This document shows positions 9,359-18,547 of a DNA stretch of 26,424 bases, piece after piece. The translations under genes were made by a program, and so were the position numbers. A model generated the notes under the pieces. It saw only the letters and a program-made list of their open reading frames with translations, had not been told where the DNA came from and did no database searches. The DNA is taken from positions 1-26,424 of IMG/VR virus record IMGVR_UViG_3300037515_000041, one strand, 5' to 3'. Numbering within the stretch: position 1 is the stretch's first letter; each line of letters begins with the position of its first letter. The stretch is from a virus (lineage: Duplodnaviria; Caudoviricetes).

Positions 9359-10782
9359 CGTGGCGCTCCACGTTCTTCCATACGTTGTTTAATACGCTCT
9401 TTAAGCGGTATACGCTCTTTAGGCTTTGAAGTATCCAGCATCTCGATACGCGCATCGATAGCAGCTATCATCTTATCAAGCTGTGTCTGGTCTGCCCCAA
9501 GCATTACTTTAGACACATAAGGGTTGTTAAGACTAGCTATAGAATCCAACTTAGCTTTTACCTGGTTCAATGAAGTTTTGAACTGAGCTAATACAGGACC
9601 AAGCTTTTGCCCTAGCGTACCAAACGCCTGGTTGAAACTCGTTATTTCTGCCTCTGTTAAAGCAGCACCGTATAGTGCATGACGTACAGTGTTTCTAAAC
9701 GCAGCATACGCAGAGGTGGCATCAACACCACCGACATTATCAGTCATGTACTTCTTAGCACCGACTAACATACTATCTATAAGACCAGTCTCATCAGCTG
9801 TTAGTTCTTTACCAGGTTCACCCATGGCTATAAGTGTACGTATATCATGTATAGCCGCTCGGTCTGCAGATTCAAACTTAGCGCCCTCAGCTATCATGAT
9901 CTTGTTAACCTTAGGCCATGCTTTAGTGAAGTTCTTACGGTCAGAGAAGTCAGTATCAAAGAATGTGTCTTCATCACCAAAAGACTTAACTAGTTCTTGT
10001 GCTGTATTATCACCTACATCAGCTAAACCAGGCTTAGTGCCAGCAGTCTCAGCAGTACCAAAGTTAACAAGTTCCAGGTCTCTAGTAGATGGTTCCTCGT
10101 TAGCCGCTCTAGCTTTTGAGATGCGATCTTTAGCCGCAGCAACAGCTGTTGCGTTACGCTCTAAAGAAGTGTCGTTACCTTTAGCTAATTTAGCTTTAGC
10201 TAACTGTGAAGCAATTTCCTCGTCGTTAAGTGTCTTAGTGAAGCCTGTGCCAGCATACACATTCTGCATGTCTGTTACTTTCCAGGTACCATCCTTAAGT
10301 CTAGACTTAACAAAGCGCTGACGATGATTCTTAGCTAATTCTCTAGCCTCATCATCTTCCATCTCACCTACAGGCATGAAATTAGTAGGGTCACCACCAG
10401 ATTCACGAATCATTGCCGCGTCTTCGGGGTTGTACGGGTCAAGAGTAGTAACGTCAGTAACGCCAATCATCTCAGACACACGCTGGTTCTCTTTGAACAG
10501 GCGGTTTAAGTGACGTGGGTTACCATCAGCGCTATACATACGTAGAGCACTAAATGTTTCCTCTTTATCCATCTTATTCTGCAGTGCTGCATTCTGCTGG
10601 TTTAGTGTATCAACCTGTTGTTGCATAGACCCAGTCTGCTCAGCGTACTGTAGCTGCTGAAGGTCCGCTTTACTTTGAGCACGTTTAGCCTGTACTTCAT
10701 CACGGCTCATAACACCTGAAGCGTAGCCTTGTACAGCTTTCTCAACAACACTTAACGCGCCTGCACTATTTTGAGAGTTCAT
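9355..10782 (-). CDS. Internal virion / DNA ejection protein
   Basis: 475 aa, helical, Q/A-rich N-terminus (AVQGYASG...), GAALTEAE motif seen in ejection proteins. Position between the pilot-like gene and the portal. Confidence 0.6.
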   Translation of the reverse strand: MNSQNSAGALSVVEKAVQGYASGVMSRDEVQAKRAQSKADLQQLQYAEQTGSMQQQVDTLNQQNAALQNKMDKEETFSALRMYSADGNPRHLNRLFKENQRVSEMIGVTDVTTLDPYNPEDAAMIRESGGDPTNFMPVGEMEDDEARELAKNHRQRFVKSRLKDGTWKVTDMQNVYAGTGFTKTLNDEEIASQLAKAKLAKGNDTSLERNATAVAAAKDRISKARAANEEPSTRDLELVNFGTAETAGTKPGLADVGDNTAQELVKSFGDEDTFFDTDFSDRKNFTKAWPKVNKIMIAEGAKFESADRAAIHDIRTLIAMGEPGKELTADETGLIDSMLVGAKKYMTDNVGGVDATSAYAAFRNTVRHALYGAALTEAEITSFNQAFGTLGQKLGPVLAQFKTSLNQVKAKLDSIASLNNPYVSKVMLGADQTQLDKMIAAIDARIEMLDTSKPKERIPLKERIKQRMEERGAPR

Positions 10783-11684
10783 TATAGGCCGTACCTGCTA
10801 ATTAGTTCTTGATTTGTTTCAGGGGTATGCTTAGGACCGCTGCCTGCAGCATATGTCTGATTACCTGAAGACCCGCCGTTTATAGTATAAGACCCACCAT
10901 TCGCACTTGGCGCACTGTTAGTAGTATACATCTGCATACCAGCACCTATAATGTTACCAGCGCTATTCCACATATCTTGAGTAGCCCGTGCGTCATTAGC
11001 AGCATTCACGCCCATAGTGTCAGATATATTGTTACGTGCATTAGTAATTCCGTTGCCCGATGGGCCAGTGCCAAAAGCAGGTACACCAGGTATACCAGGT
11101 ACTGTAGGTGTATTACCGGGCTTACCACCTGAACTCTGTACAAAGCCAGCTTGGGCTTGTGCTACTTGTAGAGGTGCTTCATGACGTATATTAGCTTTAG
11201 CTTCAGCATTATTTAACTCTGCTTGTGAAGTTACACTAGCCATAATGCCACTGCTATCCATACCCCGCTGAGCTAATGAAGTCTGTATAGTTTCCATTGC
11301 CTGCTTGTAGTTCTGTTGCTCATGCTGTATGCCTGCTGCAGCGAATGTCTCAGGTGTTAATGACTTATAGAAGTCGCCTAGGTTCTTTTCAACATTACCA
11401 TAGACTTCATCCCACTTAGCACGATCGCCTTGGAATATGCTTAAGCTAGTTTCATATCGTTGCTGCATTTCCCTTCTATCTGCTTCAGCAGAGTTTTGAC
11501 GGTAGTCCCTATCTGCAACGTAGTTTATTTGCTCTTGGTCAAAGCGTTCACGTTCAAATGCTAGTGTTTGCTGATCAAAAGATATCCTATTAGCACCAGC
11601 TGCGGCCGCTTTGTCCCCAGCCCTCTCAGCGCCAACAGCTCCAACAACACTACTTGTTACTATCGCCGCAGCTACTACTGACAT
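10782..11684 (-). CDS. DNA pilot / ejection protein (P22 gp7-like)
   Basis: MSVVAAAIVTSSVVGAVGA Ala/Gly N-terminus, Q-rich coiled coil, LAQRGMDSSG motif, G/N-rich C-terminus. Confidence 0.65.
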   Translation of the reverse strand: MSVVAAAIVTSSVVGAVGAERAGDKAAAAGANRISFDQQTLAFERERFDQEQINYVADRDYRQNSAEADRREMQQRYETSLSIFQGDRAKWDEVYGNVEKNLGDFYKSLTPETFAAAGIQHEQQNYKQAMETIQTSLAQRGMDSSGIMASVTSQAELNNAEAKANIRHEAPLQVAQAQAGFVQSSGGKPGNTPTVPGIPGVPAFGTGPSGNGITNARNNISDTMGVNAANDARATQDMWNSAGNIIGAGMQMYTTNSAPSANGGSYTINGGSSGNQTYAAGSGPKHTPETNQELISRYGL

Positions 11685-12100
11685 GATAAAGCCCTCGCAC
11701 GTTTTAATAGCTCTGTATTTTCATCAGGCATAGTAAGTAGCTCTTCTAGTTTGTCTAGGTCTGTTTCATCAGTGGAATGGAATGTAGTCCATAGAGTATC
11801 TTCTAATGCTTCGCCTATACGCTTTAGACCAGGTGGTGAAGTCATTATATTATAACCCTCTAATATAAAAGGTTCTTCTTCACCGTTGTCTGAAAATACA
11901 CGCATCTTACCATAAGCCATAACGTTTAAACACTCAAAGCGGTGTATCTTACCCGTTAGCATAACCCCCTTAGGTATGAATAATTCTCTCGCGTATACGC
12001 CAGCAGAGAATATGTGCCGCACCGGTAACTCTATCTGCTCATGAGTAGCCATTATGGCTTCCATTTGCATTATATGAGATTTTGAAACTAAGTTTTGCAT
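11675..12100 (-). CDS. Cupin-fold phage protein
   Basis: HIFSAGVYARELFIPKGVMLTGKIH...SPPGLKR...EDTLWTTFH pattern, typical of cupin-like genes preceding podovirus ejection genes. Confidence 0.72.
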   Translation of the reverse strand: MQNLVSKSHIMQMEAIMATHEQIELPVRHIFSAGVYARELFIPKGVMLTGKIHRFECLNVMAYGKMRVFSDNGEEEPFILEGYNIMTSPPGLKRIGEALEDTLWTTFHSTDETDLDKLEELLTMPDENTELLKRARALSCQ

Positions 12101-12137
12101 AACGTATATTATACCTCAAGTAAATATTTATTTCGCA
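12101..12137 (-). promoter_or_regulatory. Possible internal sigma70 promoter, perhaps giving a leaderless transcript
   Basis: Minus-strand TATAAT at 12113-12108 lies 7 nt upstream of the ATG at 12100 in an AT-rich gap. No good -35. Confidence 0.35.
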
Positions 12138-12608
12138 TTAATTTGCAGCCCTGAAGGTAATTCCGTCAAGCGATAGATATGCCGATGGGTCACCAGCTGC
12201 AATGTAAATTCCACCTTCCTCCCATATATCTATCCTGTTATGGACATTTGTGCCATCTGCCACCATAATTTCCTGTTTGGCCGGGCAATACCCAGCTGGT
12301 AGAGTAAATATAAGTGTAGAAGGCCCAGAAGGTCGAACCACTAAGCCTTTAATATGTACAACACCGAACGGGTCTTTGAAAAAAGCAGCAGTATTAAACA
12401 AAGGTGATGCAGTGTAGTTAAACCATCCAGTCCCGAACGCAGGCTCGCCAGCGGCACCTACTTCGTGCCAGTCTTCTGGTTGGAATAGTTGATTTATAGT
12501 TTCTAGCTCTACTATGCGACTATTTTGTGTAGCAACTAGTCTTTGCAAATAGTCACGCAATTCATCGTCTGCTACGCTGTCTGGTACTGGCTCAGTGAAT
12601 GCACTCAT
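12138..12608 (-). CDS. Short tail-fibre / virion accessory protein
   Basis: N-terminal coiled coil, then a beta-rich domain WHEVG..GEPAF.GW.NY...KDPFGVVHIKG...IFTLPAGYCP typical of phage fibre C-termini. Confidence 0.65.
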   Translation of the reverse strand: MSAFTEPVPDSVADDELRDYLQRLVATQNSRIVELETINQLFQPEDWHEVGAAGEPAFGTGWFNYTASPLFNTAAFFKDPFGVVHIKGLVVRPSGPSTLIFTLPAGYCPAKQEIMVADGTNVHNRIDIWEEGGIYIAAGDPSAYLSLDGITFRAAN

Positions 12609-14104
12609 AGTCTAGCACTACCTGTAGCCTGGTAGTCTATCTCTTTAACTGTGCCTGTACCCGATATTAAGAACTGTAAAGAGTAGCCATCTTGCTCATC
12701 CTGGTTAACGTCCAGTTCGTAAGTGTCACTACCTGTTACTGTTATGTTAGTTACTATCTTACCGTCTATGAGCACACTAATAGCTAATTCACCCTCGTAA
12801 CGTATGTATATAGAGTTGTACCCCTTACGCTTAGTGTACGAGCCGTCTAAGAACACTGGAGATTCATACGTCAATGCTAAAGGCGTAGGCCCGGCAAATA
12901 GCTGTCTGTACTCACTAGAGAAGTAGCCATACAGTTTGTTAAGTGCAACAATTAGTCTAGTAGTACCTAGCGATAGGTCTTTAAACATAGCGCCAAATCT
13001 AGCATCGAAACAGAAAGTACTGCCATCAACTAACTGGGCGTAGTACACGTCTTTATGCACAACAGCATTTACTACCTGTAGGTTTAAGTCACCTAGCACA
13101 GGTCGTGATATAATGGTTGGCTTACCGCCTGAGCTCATGCACAAACCGTCTTGTGATACCCATAAGATAGCATTAGACATCTGTTGTACTGATCTGTAGC
13201 TTTGACAACCGTCTGAACCACTTAGGTTAGACTTATTAAATGACGTAGGGCTGTTACCAGTGATTAGGTATGCCCGTTGTTTAGTAAAGACTATTATACC
13301 ACTTGATACAAAGCCGTAGCCAGTTATGTCTTTACCAAAGTCTATGAAGTTAAGTGGTGGGTAAGAGTACCACTTACCAACTGCACTAAAATACAGCTTC
13401 TCACCTAGTGTATAAAAGAGCATAGCGTATGCTTCTTTTATATCACGACCGCCAGCTAATGCCTGACCAGAGGCCTCAGTTGTTATTGGATTACCGGGTA
13501 TTGCTGAGTCTGCTATGTTATCTGCATAAGAAGTAGCTGGTGTAATAGTAGCGACTAATGAGAAGCTAAGTATTGTGCCACCGACACGGTATACACGTAT
13601 CTTGTCTACTTGTGGGTCTGTAGATACTACCAGACTTGTTAAGTTGACAGAGTTAGTAGCTAATACTATTTCAGCTGACACAGGTGATGGAGCAGATTCA
13701 GCACCAGACACGGAGCTATAATATGTATACACGTACTGATATGTACCAGTCAATACACCAGCTGCAGAAGCTACACTAGGCGCTGCAGCTGGTGCTAGTA
13801 TGCCAAGCGCGCTAGTTACACCACCTTTTGTCCAGGTTGGCACACCTACACCATCGGCAGCGTACATGCGCTTTTGGTATTCCAAGTAGTCAGTATCAGT
13901 TGCACTACTAATCCACACACTTTCAGCTTCAAAGTATTGTGCATACTCATACAGTGCAACACCTACTTCAGCTTCAGACATTACTGGTGTTAGCATACCA
14001 GACTCATTATCAATGTTCTTGTACTGAACACCTGAGTTTATGCCTATTAAATGTGGGGCTAGTCTAGTAGACTTGCCACCTTCGAATGTCTGTATTTTAG
14101 CCAT
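12605..14104 (-). CDS. Tail nozzle / stabilization protein (P22 gp10-like)
   Basis: 499 aa. FEGG...PHLI start, Ig-like insert (YQYVYTY...ESAPSP...IRVYR), beta-propeller-like GC.S..S...ILWVSQDGL. Position after the adaptor. Confidence 0.72.
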   Translation of the reverse strand: MAKIQTFEGGKSTRLAPHLIGINSGVQYKNIDNESGMLTPVMSEAEVGVALYEYAQYFEAESVWISSATDTDYLEYQKRMYAADGVGVPTWTKGGVTSALGILAPAAAPSVASAAGVLTGTYQYVYTYYSSVSGAESAPSPVSAEIVLATNSVNLTSLVVSTDPQVDKIRVYRVGGTILSFSLVATITPATSYADNIADSAIPGNPITTEASGQALAGGRDIKEAYAMLFYTLGEKLYFSAVGKWYSYPPLNFIDFGKDITGYGFVSSGIIVFTKQRAYLITGNSPTSFNKSNLSGSDGCQSYRSVQQMSNAILWVSQDGLCMSSGGKPTIISRPVLGDLNLQVVNAVVHKDVYYAQLVDGSTFCFDARFGAMFKDLSLGTTRLIVALNKLYGYFSSEYRQLFAGPTPLALTYESPVFLDGSYTKRKGYNSIYIRYEGELAISVLIDGKIVTNITVTGSDTYELDVNQDEQDGYSLQFLISGTGTVKEIDYQATGSARL

Positions 14105-14772
14105 TACAGTAAGGGTCCGCCTGCAGTTTGTATCCAGCTTGCACCATTATAGGTTATCTCTACCCAGTACTTACCACCTGAAGGTATAGTGCACACGCTA
14201 CCAACAGCTAATGTAAATGCGCCAGTGTCTGTTCGTACAACACGAGCAGTAAAGCCCTTGTACAGATTTACAGTTGGCAAACTAACAGTTCTATTGGCTG
14301 TCAGTGTAGTGGCGTATAGTAACTTACTAGTTCCACGTAGGGTTATAGCGCTATCTGCGTCACCAACATTGGCTGTAATTTGCTGGCGTAAATCTACCCG
14401 CTTCCAACGACCACTAGATAAACTATCTGGATTAAATACAGTACTTAAGTCTTGAGAGCTAGTAACATCTGTACGATCTAACCAGAACAAACCACCACCG
14501 CCATCACCAACACTAGTATAGCCTAATACTAGGATATATAGTTCTCTAGCAGTATTAGTTGGCCAGGTCTGTAGCTCTTGTATATTCTCTACTACTTCAG
14601 CCTTATTGTATAACTTAGCTCGGAGCGACGTGGTGTTCTCGTACACTAAACCTGATGCGTCTATCCTAGTTATTGGTAGAGTGCCAGACGATCTAACCTG
14701 ATTTACAGTGCCTGTACCAAGTAGTAAATCCTCTAGACCAGCTAATTGCTTTGAAACAGCTCTGTCAGTCAT
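14104..14772 (-). CDS. Short tail spike/fibre with tailspike-head domain
   Basis: LGYTSVGDGGGGLFW...GRWKR head motif and TLTANRTVSLP...YNGASW domain. The N-terminus is homologous to the fibre at 1-1459. Confidence 0.72.
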   Translation of the reverse strand: MTDRAVSKQLAGLEDLLLGTGTVNQVRSSGTLPITRIDASGLVYENTTSLRAKLYNKAEVVENIQELQTWPTNTARELYILVLGYTSVGDGGGGLFWLDRTDVTSSQDLSTVFNPDSLSSGRWKRVDLRQQITANVGDADSAITLRGTSKLLYATTLTANRTVSLPTVNLYKGFTARVVRTDTGAFTLAVGSVCTIPSGGKYWVEITYNGASWIQTAGGPLL

Positions 14773-15587
14773 TATATCGCCCTATTGTATTGTGTGTTGC
14801 GTGGAGTAGGGCTAGTACTGTTACGAGCAGACTGTGCGGTAGCTTCAGCCAACTCACGTCCGTACATACCCATGAACTTATCAGACATAGCTAAGTTTTG
14901 TGAGTCTTTATCGTCAGCGAACGCCAACCCTAAAGCGTAGTACCGTAAGCCTTTATCCCATATTCTATCTATATCAGGTGTGTCTGTTATAGACAGTATA
15001 TCGTTTGGTGTTCTTCTGTAGTACACAGTGACACTAGATACCACAGATACCATGTCTACCATGATGCCGTACGGTGAATTAAAAGAAGAGGTGTCTGCAG
15101 CAGACTCTGACACCTCGGCGACCACACCAAAATCATTAACAACAATGTCATTCTCTACAAGTGTTGTAACACCGTAGTCTGACAAAGTATACGTATCACC
15201 AATAGAGTCACTGTCTATTGGTATAGGGTACACTTTAAAAGCTCTTGGGTTTTGCTTATCAAATACTATGTATTCTATATTAGTACCTGATACAGTTTCC
15301 CATCTTGTATGTACTAACTCATCCATACTATCATGTGAAACTAGTTCAAGCTTACCCTCCTCGGTTACTACACGAGTCATTAAATAGGCATTCTCAGGTA
15401 GTAGGTATTCAGCCTGGCCACCTATAATTGAGATGTCTACCTTAGTGCGAAGCATACGTGCTTTCACAGCAAAATCTTTTTGAGCCTCATCGACTAATCT
15501 AATTAGTCTAGCATCTGACCAACGAGTCTTATCATTGTCGGCTAAACTATCTCTCATTCTAACCAGTATTTCAGATACCCTACTCAT
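14772..15587 (-). CDS. Head-to-tail adaptor protein
   Basis: R..L.D....RWSDARLIRLVDEAQ, EYLLP, KVYPIP and YYALGLAF..D motifs of podovirus adaptors. Follows the capsid genes. Confidence 0.75.
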   Translation of the reverse strand: MSRVSEILVRMRDSLADNDKTRWSDARLIRLVDEAQKDFAVKARMLRTKVDISIIGGQAEYLLPENAYLMTRVVTEEGKLELVSHDSMDELVHTRWETVSGTNIEYIVFDKQNPRAFKVYPIPIDSDSIGDTYTLSDYGVTTLVENDIVVNDFGVVAEVSESAADTSSFNSPYGIMVDMVSVVSSVTVYYRRTPNDILSITDTPDIDRIWDKGLRYYALGLAFADDKDSQNLAMSDKFMGMYGRELAEATAQSARNSTSPTPRNTQYNRAI

Positions 15588-15598
15588 TTCATTACCTT

Positions 15599-15632
15599 AA
15601 AATGTGCCAGGTAACTAGTACCTGGCATATTT
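15599..15632 (-). terminator. Intrinsic terminator after the capsid/decoration genes
   Basis: Perfect 9-bp stem TGCCAGGTA / TACCTGGCA (15605-15613, 15619-15627), 5-nt loop, followed on the minus strand by a short T run. Confidence 0.7.
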
Positions 15633-15645
15633 ATATTGACTACAC

Positions 15646-16059
15646 TTAAGTGTTTAAGAACTCAGTGTACTCGCCTTTACGTAGATCAAGCTCGATGTAC
15701 TCAACTACTAGTTCACCAACTAATGCACCGTCAGCAGGAGTAACAGCACCTGCTCGGATTACTAATTCGCCACCATTAACTAAGTACTGTGCAGCAGCTA
15801 CAAGTGTTTCATCAGTGACGTTTGCTGCAGCAACTGCCAGCTCGTTTACTAACACAACACCATTAGCTACAACATCGACAGTAGCCGTGGCTGTGCCAGA
15901 TGCTGTAGTAATGTTAGATATTACTCGAGTGATTAATACGCGCTTAGGCATGCTCACATATACTGAGCCCGTTAATAGAATGTCAGCTTCAAGGAACGGA
16001 ATAACCGCTACGCTGACACCTTTCTTTTGCGCTACTTCAGAGCGTGTTTTATTTGCCAT
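15646..16059 (-). CDS. Capsid decoration / cement-like protein
   Basis: 137 aa, V/A/T-rich beta sandwich ending LVVEY. Directly after the major capsid gene and before the terminator. Confidence 0.6.
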   Translation of the reverse strand: MANKTRSEVAQKKGVSVAVIPFLEADILLTGSVYVSMPKRVLITRVISNITTASGTATATVDVVANGVVLVNELAVAAANVTDETLVAAAQYLVNGGELVIRAGAVTPADGALVGELVVEYIELDLRKGEYTEFLNT

Positions 16060-16061
16060 GA

Positions 16062-17207
16062 TTACTGTACCTCAAGGTCAACAGCGATAACACCATAATC
16101 TATGTTGCTGATTTTAGCAGCAGTATAGTCGGTATTTTCCGCTACGAGTTTAGTCTTACGACTTTCCATCCAGAACTCAACAGCAGACTCTGACTCAATA
16201 GCAAAATCTTGTGATTCCTGGAAACGGTAGTCCGGTTGCTTACCGAACGCTAATTGTAATGCACCAGCACCAAGAATGATACCACGTGAATGCAAGTTAG
16301 CATGCGTATAATCGAACGTAGACTGACCAGTCCATGGAGCAGTTAGTGGGTCTGCACCAGCATATTGACGTAAACCGGAAATCTCAATCTCAGAGTCATC
16401 AAGACCCCAACCAAGAGTTGTACCAGCAGTTACACCAAAGAACTGATCTGCTTCAACGATTAATAGGTTACCAACTTGACCGATAATGCTAGAGATCATA
16501 CGGTTGTTATTACCGCGGACATCAGCATTAGCCATGATAGCTGCAAAACCGTTAACAGCTGCTGTATCTTGCATCAGGATGGTCTTCATCGCTGAGTCAA
16601 TAACAAACAACCAGATAGGCTTTTGACCACCATTAACACGCATAGGGTCTAATGGACGACGTACACCACCAGTTGTATAACCGTTAGAAGTCTTGAGAAC
16701 TTTCTCAATGTTCTGTAGGTCAGCGTAGGTGAACGAGGCACCCAAGTCGATCGTATGAGTTGGAGCTTGACCTAATGCGCCTTGCGCGGCGTCAAACAGT
16801 GCTTGATCCTTGAATCGCACAAACAGGTCGCCCAGTTTAGTACGTGAATCACCATGTTGAGAGATGCTCAAGTCACCAATGTCAACCGCGTCGAATGCAT
16901 CGCCGTTATTAACAGGTAAGCGATAGCGTTCAACAGTAATCTTGTCAGAGAACTTACGCTTGGTTTCGCCTTTACCGTAGGCAGTATTCTTGCCCTTGAT
17001 AGCTTTACCTGAAAGGTTACCATCGAAGTCAAATACAACAGTGTGACCGTCACCAGCAGTTGCGTTATTTGCCTGGAAAACAATACTGTCTTTTGTAGTA
17101 CCAGTATACGTGTTCCAGAATGATTTTGATGCTGCTTGCACCAAGCCTTCTCGCATCCACTTTTTACGCTTTAAGTCGGATGTTAGGGCTACTACGCCTG
17201 TAGACAT
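16062..17207 (-). CDS. Major capsid protein (N4-gp56 / DUF4043-type HK97 fold)
   Basis: 381 aa. GHTVVFDFDGNLSG, GKGE.....SDKITV...R..V, ILGAGAL.LAFG and C-terminal DYGVIAVD. AGGAG RBS; follows the scaffold gene. Confidence 0.88.
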   Translation of the reverse strand: MSTGVVALTSDLKRKKWMREGLVQAASKSFWNTYTGTTKDSIVFQANNATAGDGHTVVFDFDGNLSGKAIKGKNTAYGKGETKRKFSDKITVERYRLPVNNGDAFDAVDIGDLSISQHGDSRTKLGDLFVRFKDQALFDAAQGALGQAPTHTIDLGASFTYADLQNIEKVLKTSNGYTTGGVRRPLDPMRVNGGQKPIWLFVIDSAMKTILMQDTAAVNGFAAIMANADVRGNNNRMISSIIGQVGNLLIVEADQFFGVTAGTTLGWGLDDSEIEISGLRQYAGADPLTAPWTGQSTFDYTHANLHSRGIILGAGALQLAFGKQPDYRFQESQDFAIESESAVEFWMESRKTKLVAENTDYTAAKISNIDYGVIAVDLEVQ

Positions 17208-17218
17208 AGCTTATACTC

Positions 17219-17980
17219 CTAGTAGATTTCGTTAACGTAAGATTTTTCGGCGTCTTTATCAACCGCTGTTGGTTCAGCTGTTGACTTACCACCGACCTTA
17301 CTCAGATTTGGTTCTTCTTCATCCTTATCATCAGCCCCTTTGATCTTAGTTGCTGGCTTTAAGAATGCTACTGCTTGCTCTAGAAACGTATCAAAACTAA
17401 TCTTACCGTCAACTAAAGCTTTTGTAATCCGCGGAGGAAGGTCATTCTCAAACACTTCATCGTTTAGCACTAAACCTGGGTTATTAGCTAAGCAATCTCG
17501 AAGTAGCTCAACTCTACGAGTTTCTTCTGCATGCACATCACCAGCTTCATCAACTGCCTTTAAATCACTTTCAACAGCGGCCACGGCTTCTTGTTCGTAC
17601 TGGCCTAACTTGTCTCGCCACGCATCAGGGTTGCTTTCTTTAAGATCAGCTAACTCCTCGCGTTGCTCTACAGTCAGGGAAAGTTGAACATTCTTACGTG
17701 CCAGCTCTTTCAGCTCTTTATTTTGCTGTGCCGTTTTAGTATACTCGCTTTGTGTATCCCTACGACGCTTTTCTAATTTAGCTGCATAAGCAACCTCTTC
17801 AGATAGTCCGTCTGGTACTTCCCATGTACCGTCTTCCTTTTGGGTCATTGCTTGAGTAGCAGCGTTCACCTTCTGTTCGAAGGTTAATACTGGATTACTG
17901 TTTACTGACTCTGATTCGTCCTCATAGTCAGGAAATTCAGTAAACTCAGCACCTTTGGTCTTGCTAGTGGATTGAGTCAT
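17219..17980 (-). CDS. Capsid scaffolding protein
   Basis: Acidic, coiled-coil 253-aa protein (EKRRRDTQSEYTK) immediately upstream of the major capsid gene. AGGAG RBS. Confidence 0.75.
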   Translation of the reverse strand: MTQSTSKTKGAEFTEFPDYEDESESVNSNPVLTFEQKVNAATQAMTQKEDGTWEVPDGLSEEVAYAAKLEKRRRDTQSEYTKTAQQNKELKELARKNVQLSLTVEQREELADLKESNPDAWRDKLGQYEQEAVAAVESDLKAVDEAGDVHAEETRRVELLRDCLANNPGLVLNDEVFENDLPPRITKALVDGKISFDTFLEQAVAFLKPATKIKGADDKDEEEPNLSKVGGKSTAEPTAVDKDAEKSYVNEIY

Positions 17981-18008
17981 AATGATCTCCTAGTGGTTAA
18001 AATTAAGG

Positions 18009-18110
18009 CTAACTAAGCCTATCTTGAAGTTGTACAATGTCCTGGTCTATCCGCTCGCCGAAAGTTCCTTGTGCTCCTGTCACAATTCGCCTAATAATCA
18101 GCGTTTTCAT
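18009..18110 (-). pseudogene. Truncated DUF5675-like gene remnant (33 codons)
   Basis: ATGA-coupled to the upstream gene. MKTLIIRRIVTGAQGTFG resembles the N-terminus of phage DUF5675 proteins (MxLxxxRxxxxxxGTFG), then runs into unrelated sequence and stops. Confidence 0.55.
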
Positions 18111-18547
18111 TTTAAATCCCTCATCGCCGAGCAGTGGCTTTTATCTATATTACCAAGATGTCTGCAAATAAAAATAGAAAACATCACTCGCCATTTGTTA
18201 AATCCATGCAAAGTTCCGCGTTGAATGTCTAAAATATTATGCTTAATAATTGCATTAGCATGTGTTGTGATTGTTCTGCCTTCATCGTATCGATTCGGCC
18301 AGTGTAAAACTAATGGAGCAAAACAAACATAATTCGCTATTACGTCTTGCCATAAAAATCTGCCACCAAACACAAAGAATATTGCTCTCGCTATTTTGCT
18401 ATCACGTCCTAAATATTTTATTAAAACATCGCGCAACATAATTGCAGCAGCAAAATAAACAAATGTAGTGACTAGTCCAAAAATCGGAATTAACCAAATT
18501 GGTGTGTCCGTTGGCAACATCAAAATATTTAGTATGTAATCTATCAT
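18107..18547 (-). CDS. Phage membrane protein of unknown function
   Basis: Two hydrophobic segments and a DVIAN...TIT...W...IC..L...D..HC pattern seen in small genes near phage tail/lysis modules. ATGA overlaps on both sides. Confidence 0.6.
   Translation of the reverse strand: MIDYILNILMLPTDTPIWLIPIFGLVTTFVYFAAAIMLRDVLIKYLGRDSKIARAIFFVFGGRFLWQDVIANYVCFAPLVLHWPNRYDEGRTITTHANAIIKHNILDIQRGTLHGFNKWRVMFSIFICRHLGNIDKSHCSAMRDLK

Noticed and set aside
513-17687. Plus-strand ORFs such as 513-833, 3498-3890, 6021-6422, 6943-7542, 9689-10321, 15650-16090 and 17340-17687
   Set aside because: Antisense shadows of well-supported minus-strand genes, with S/L/A-rich low-information translations and no recognisable motifs.
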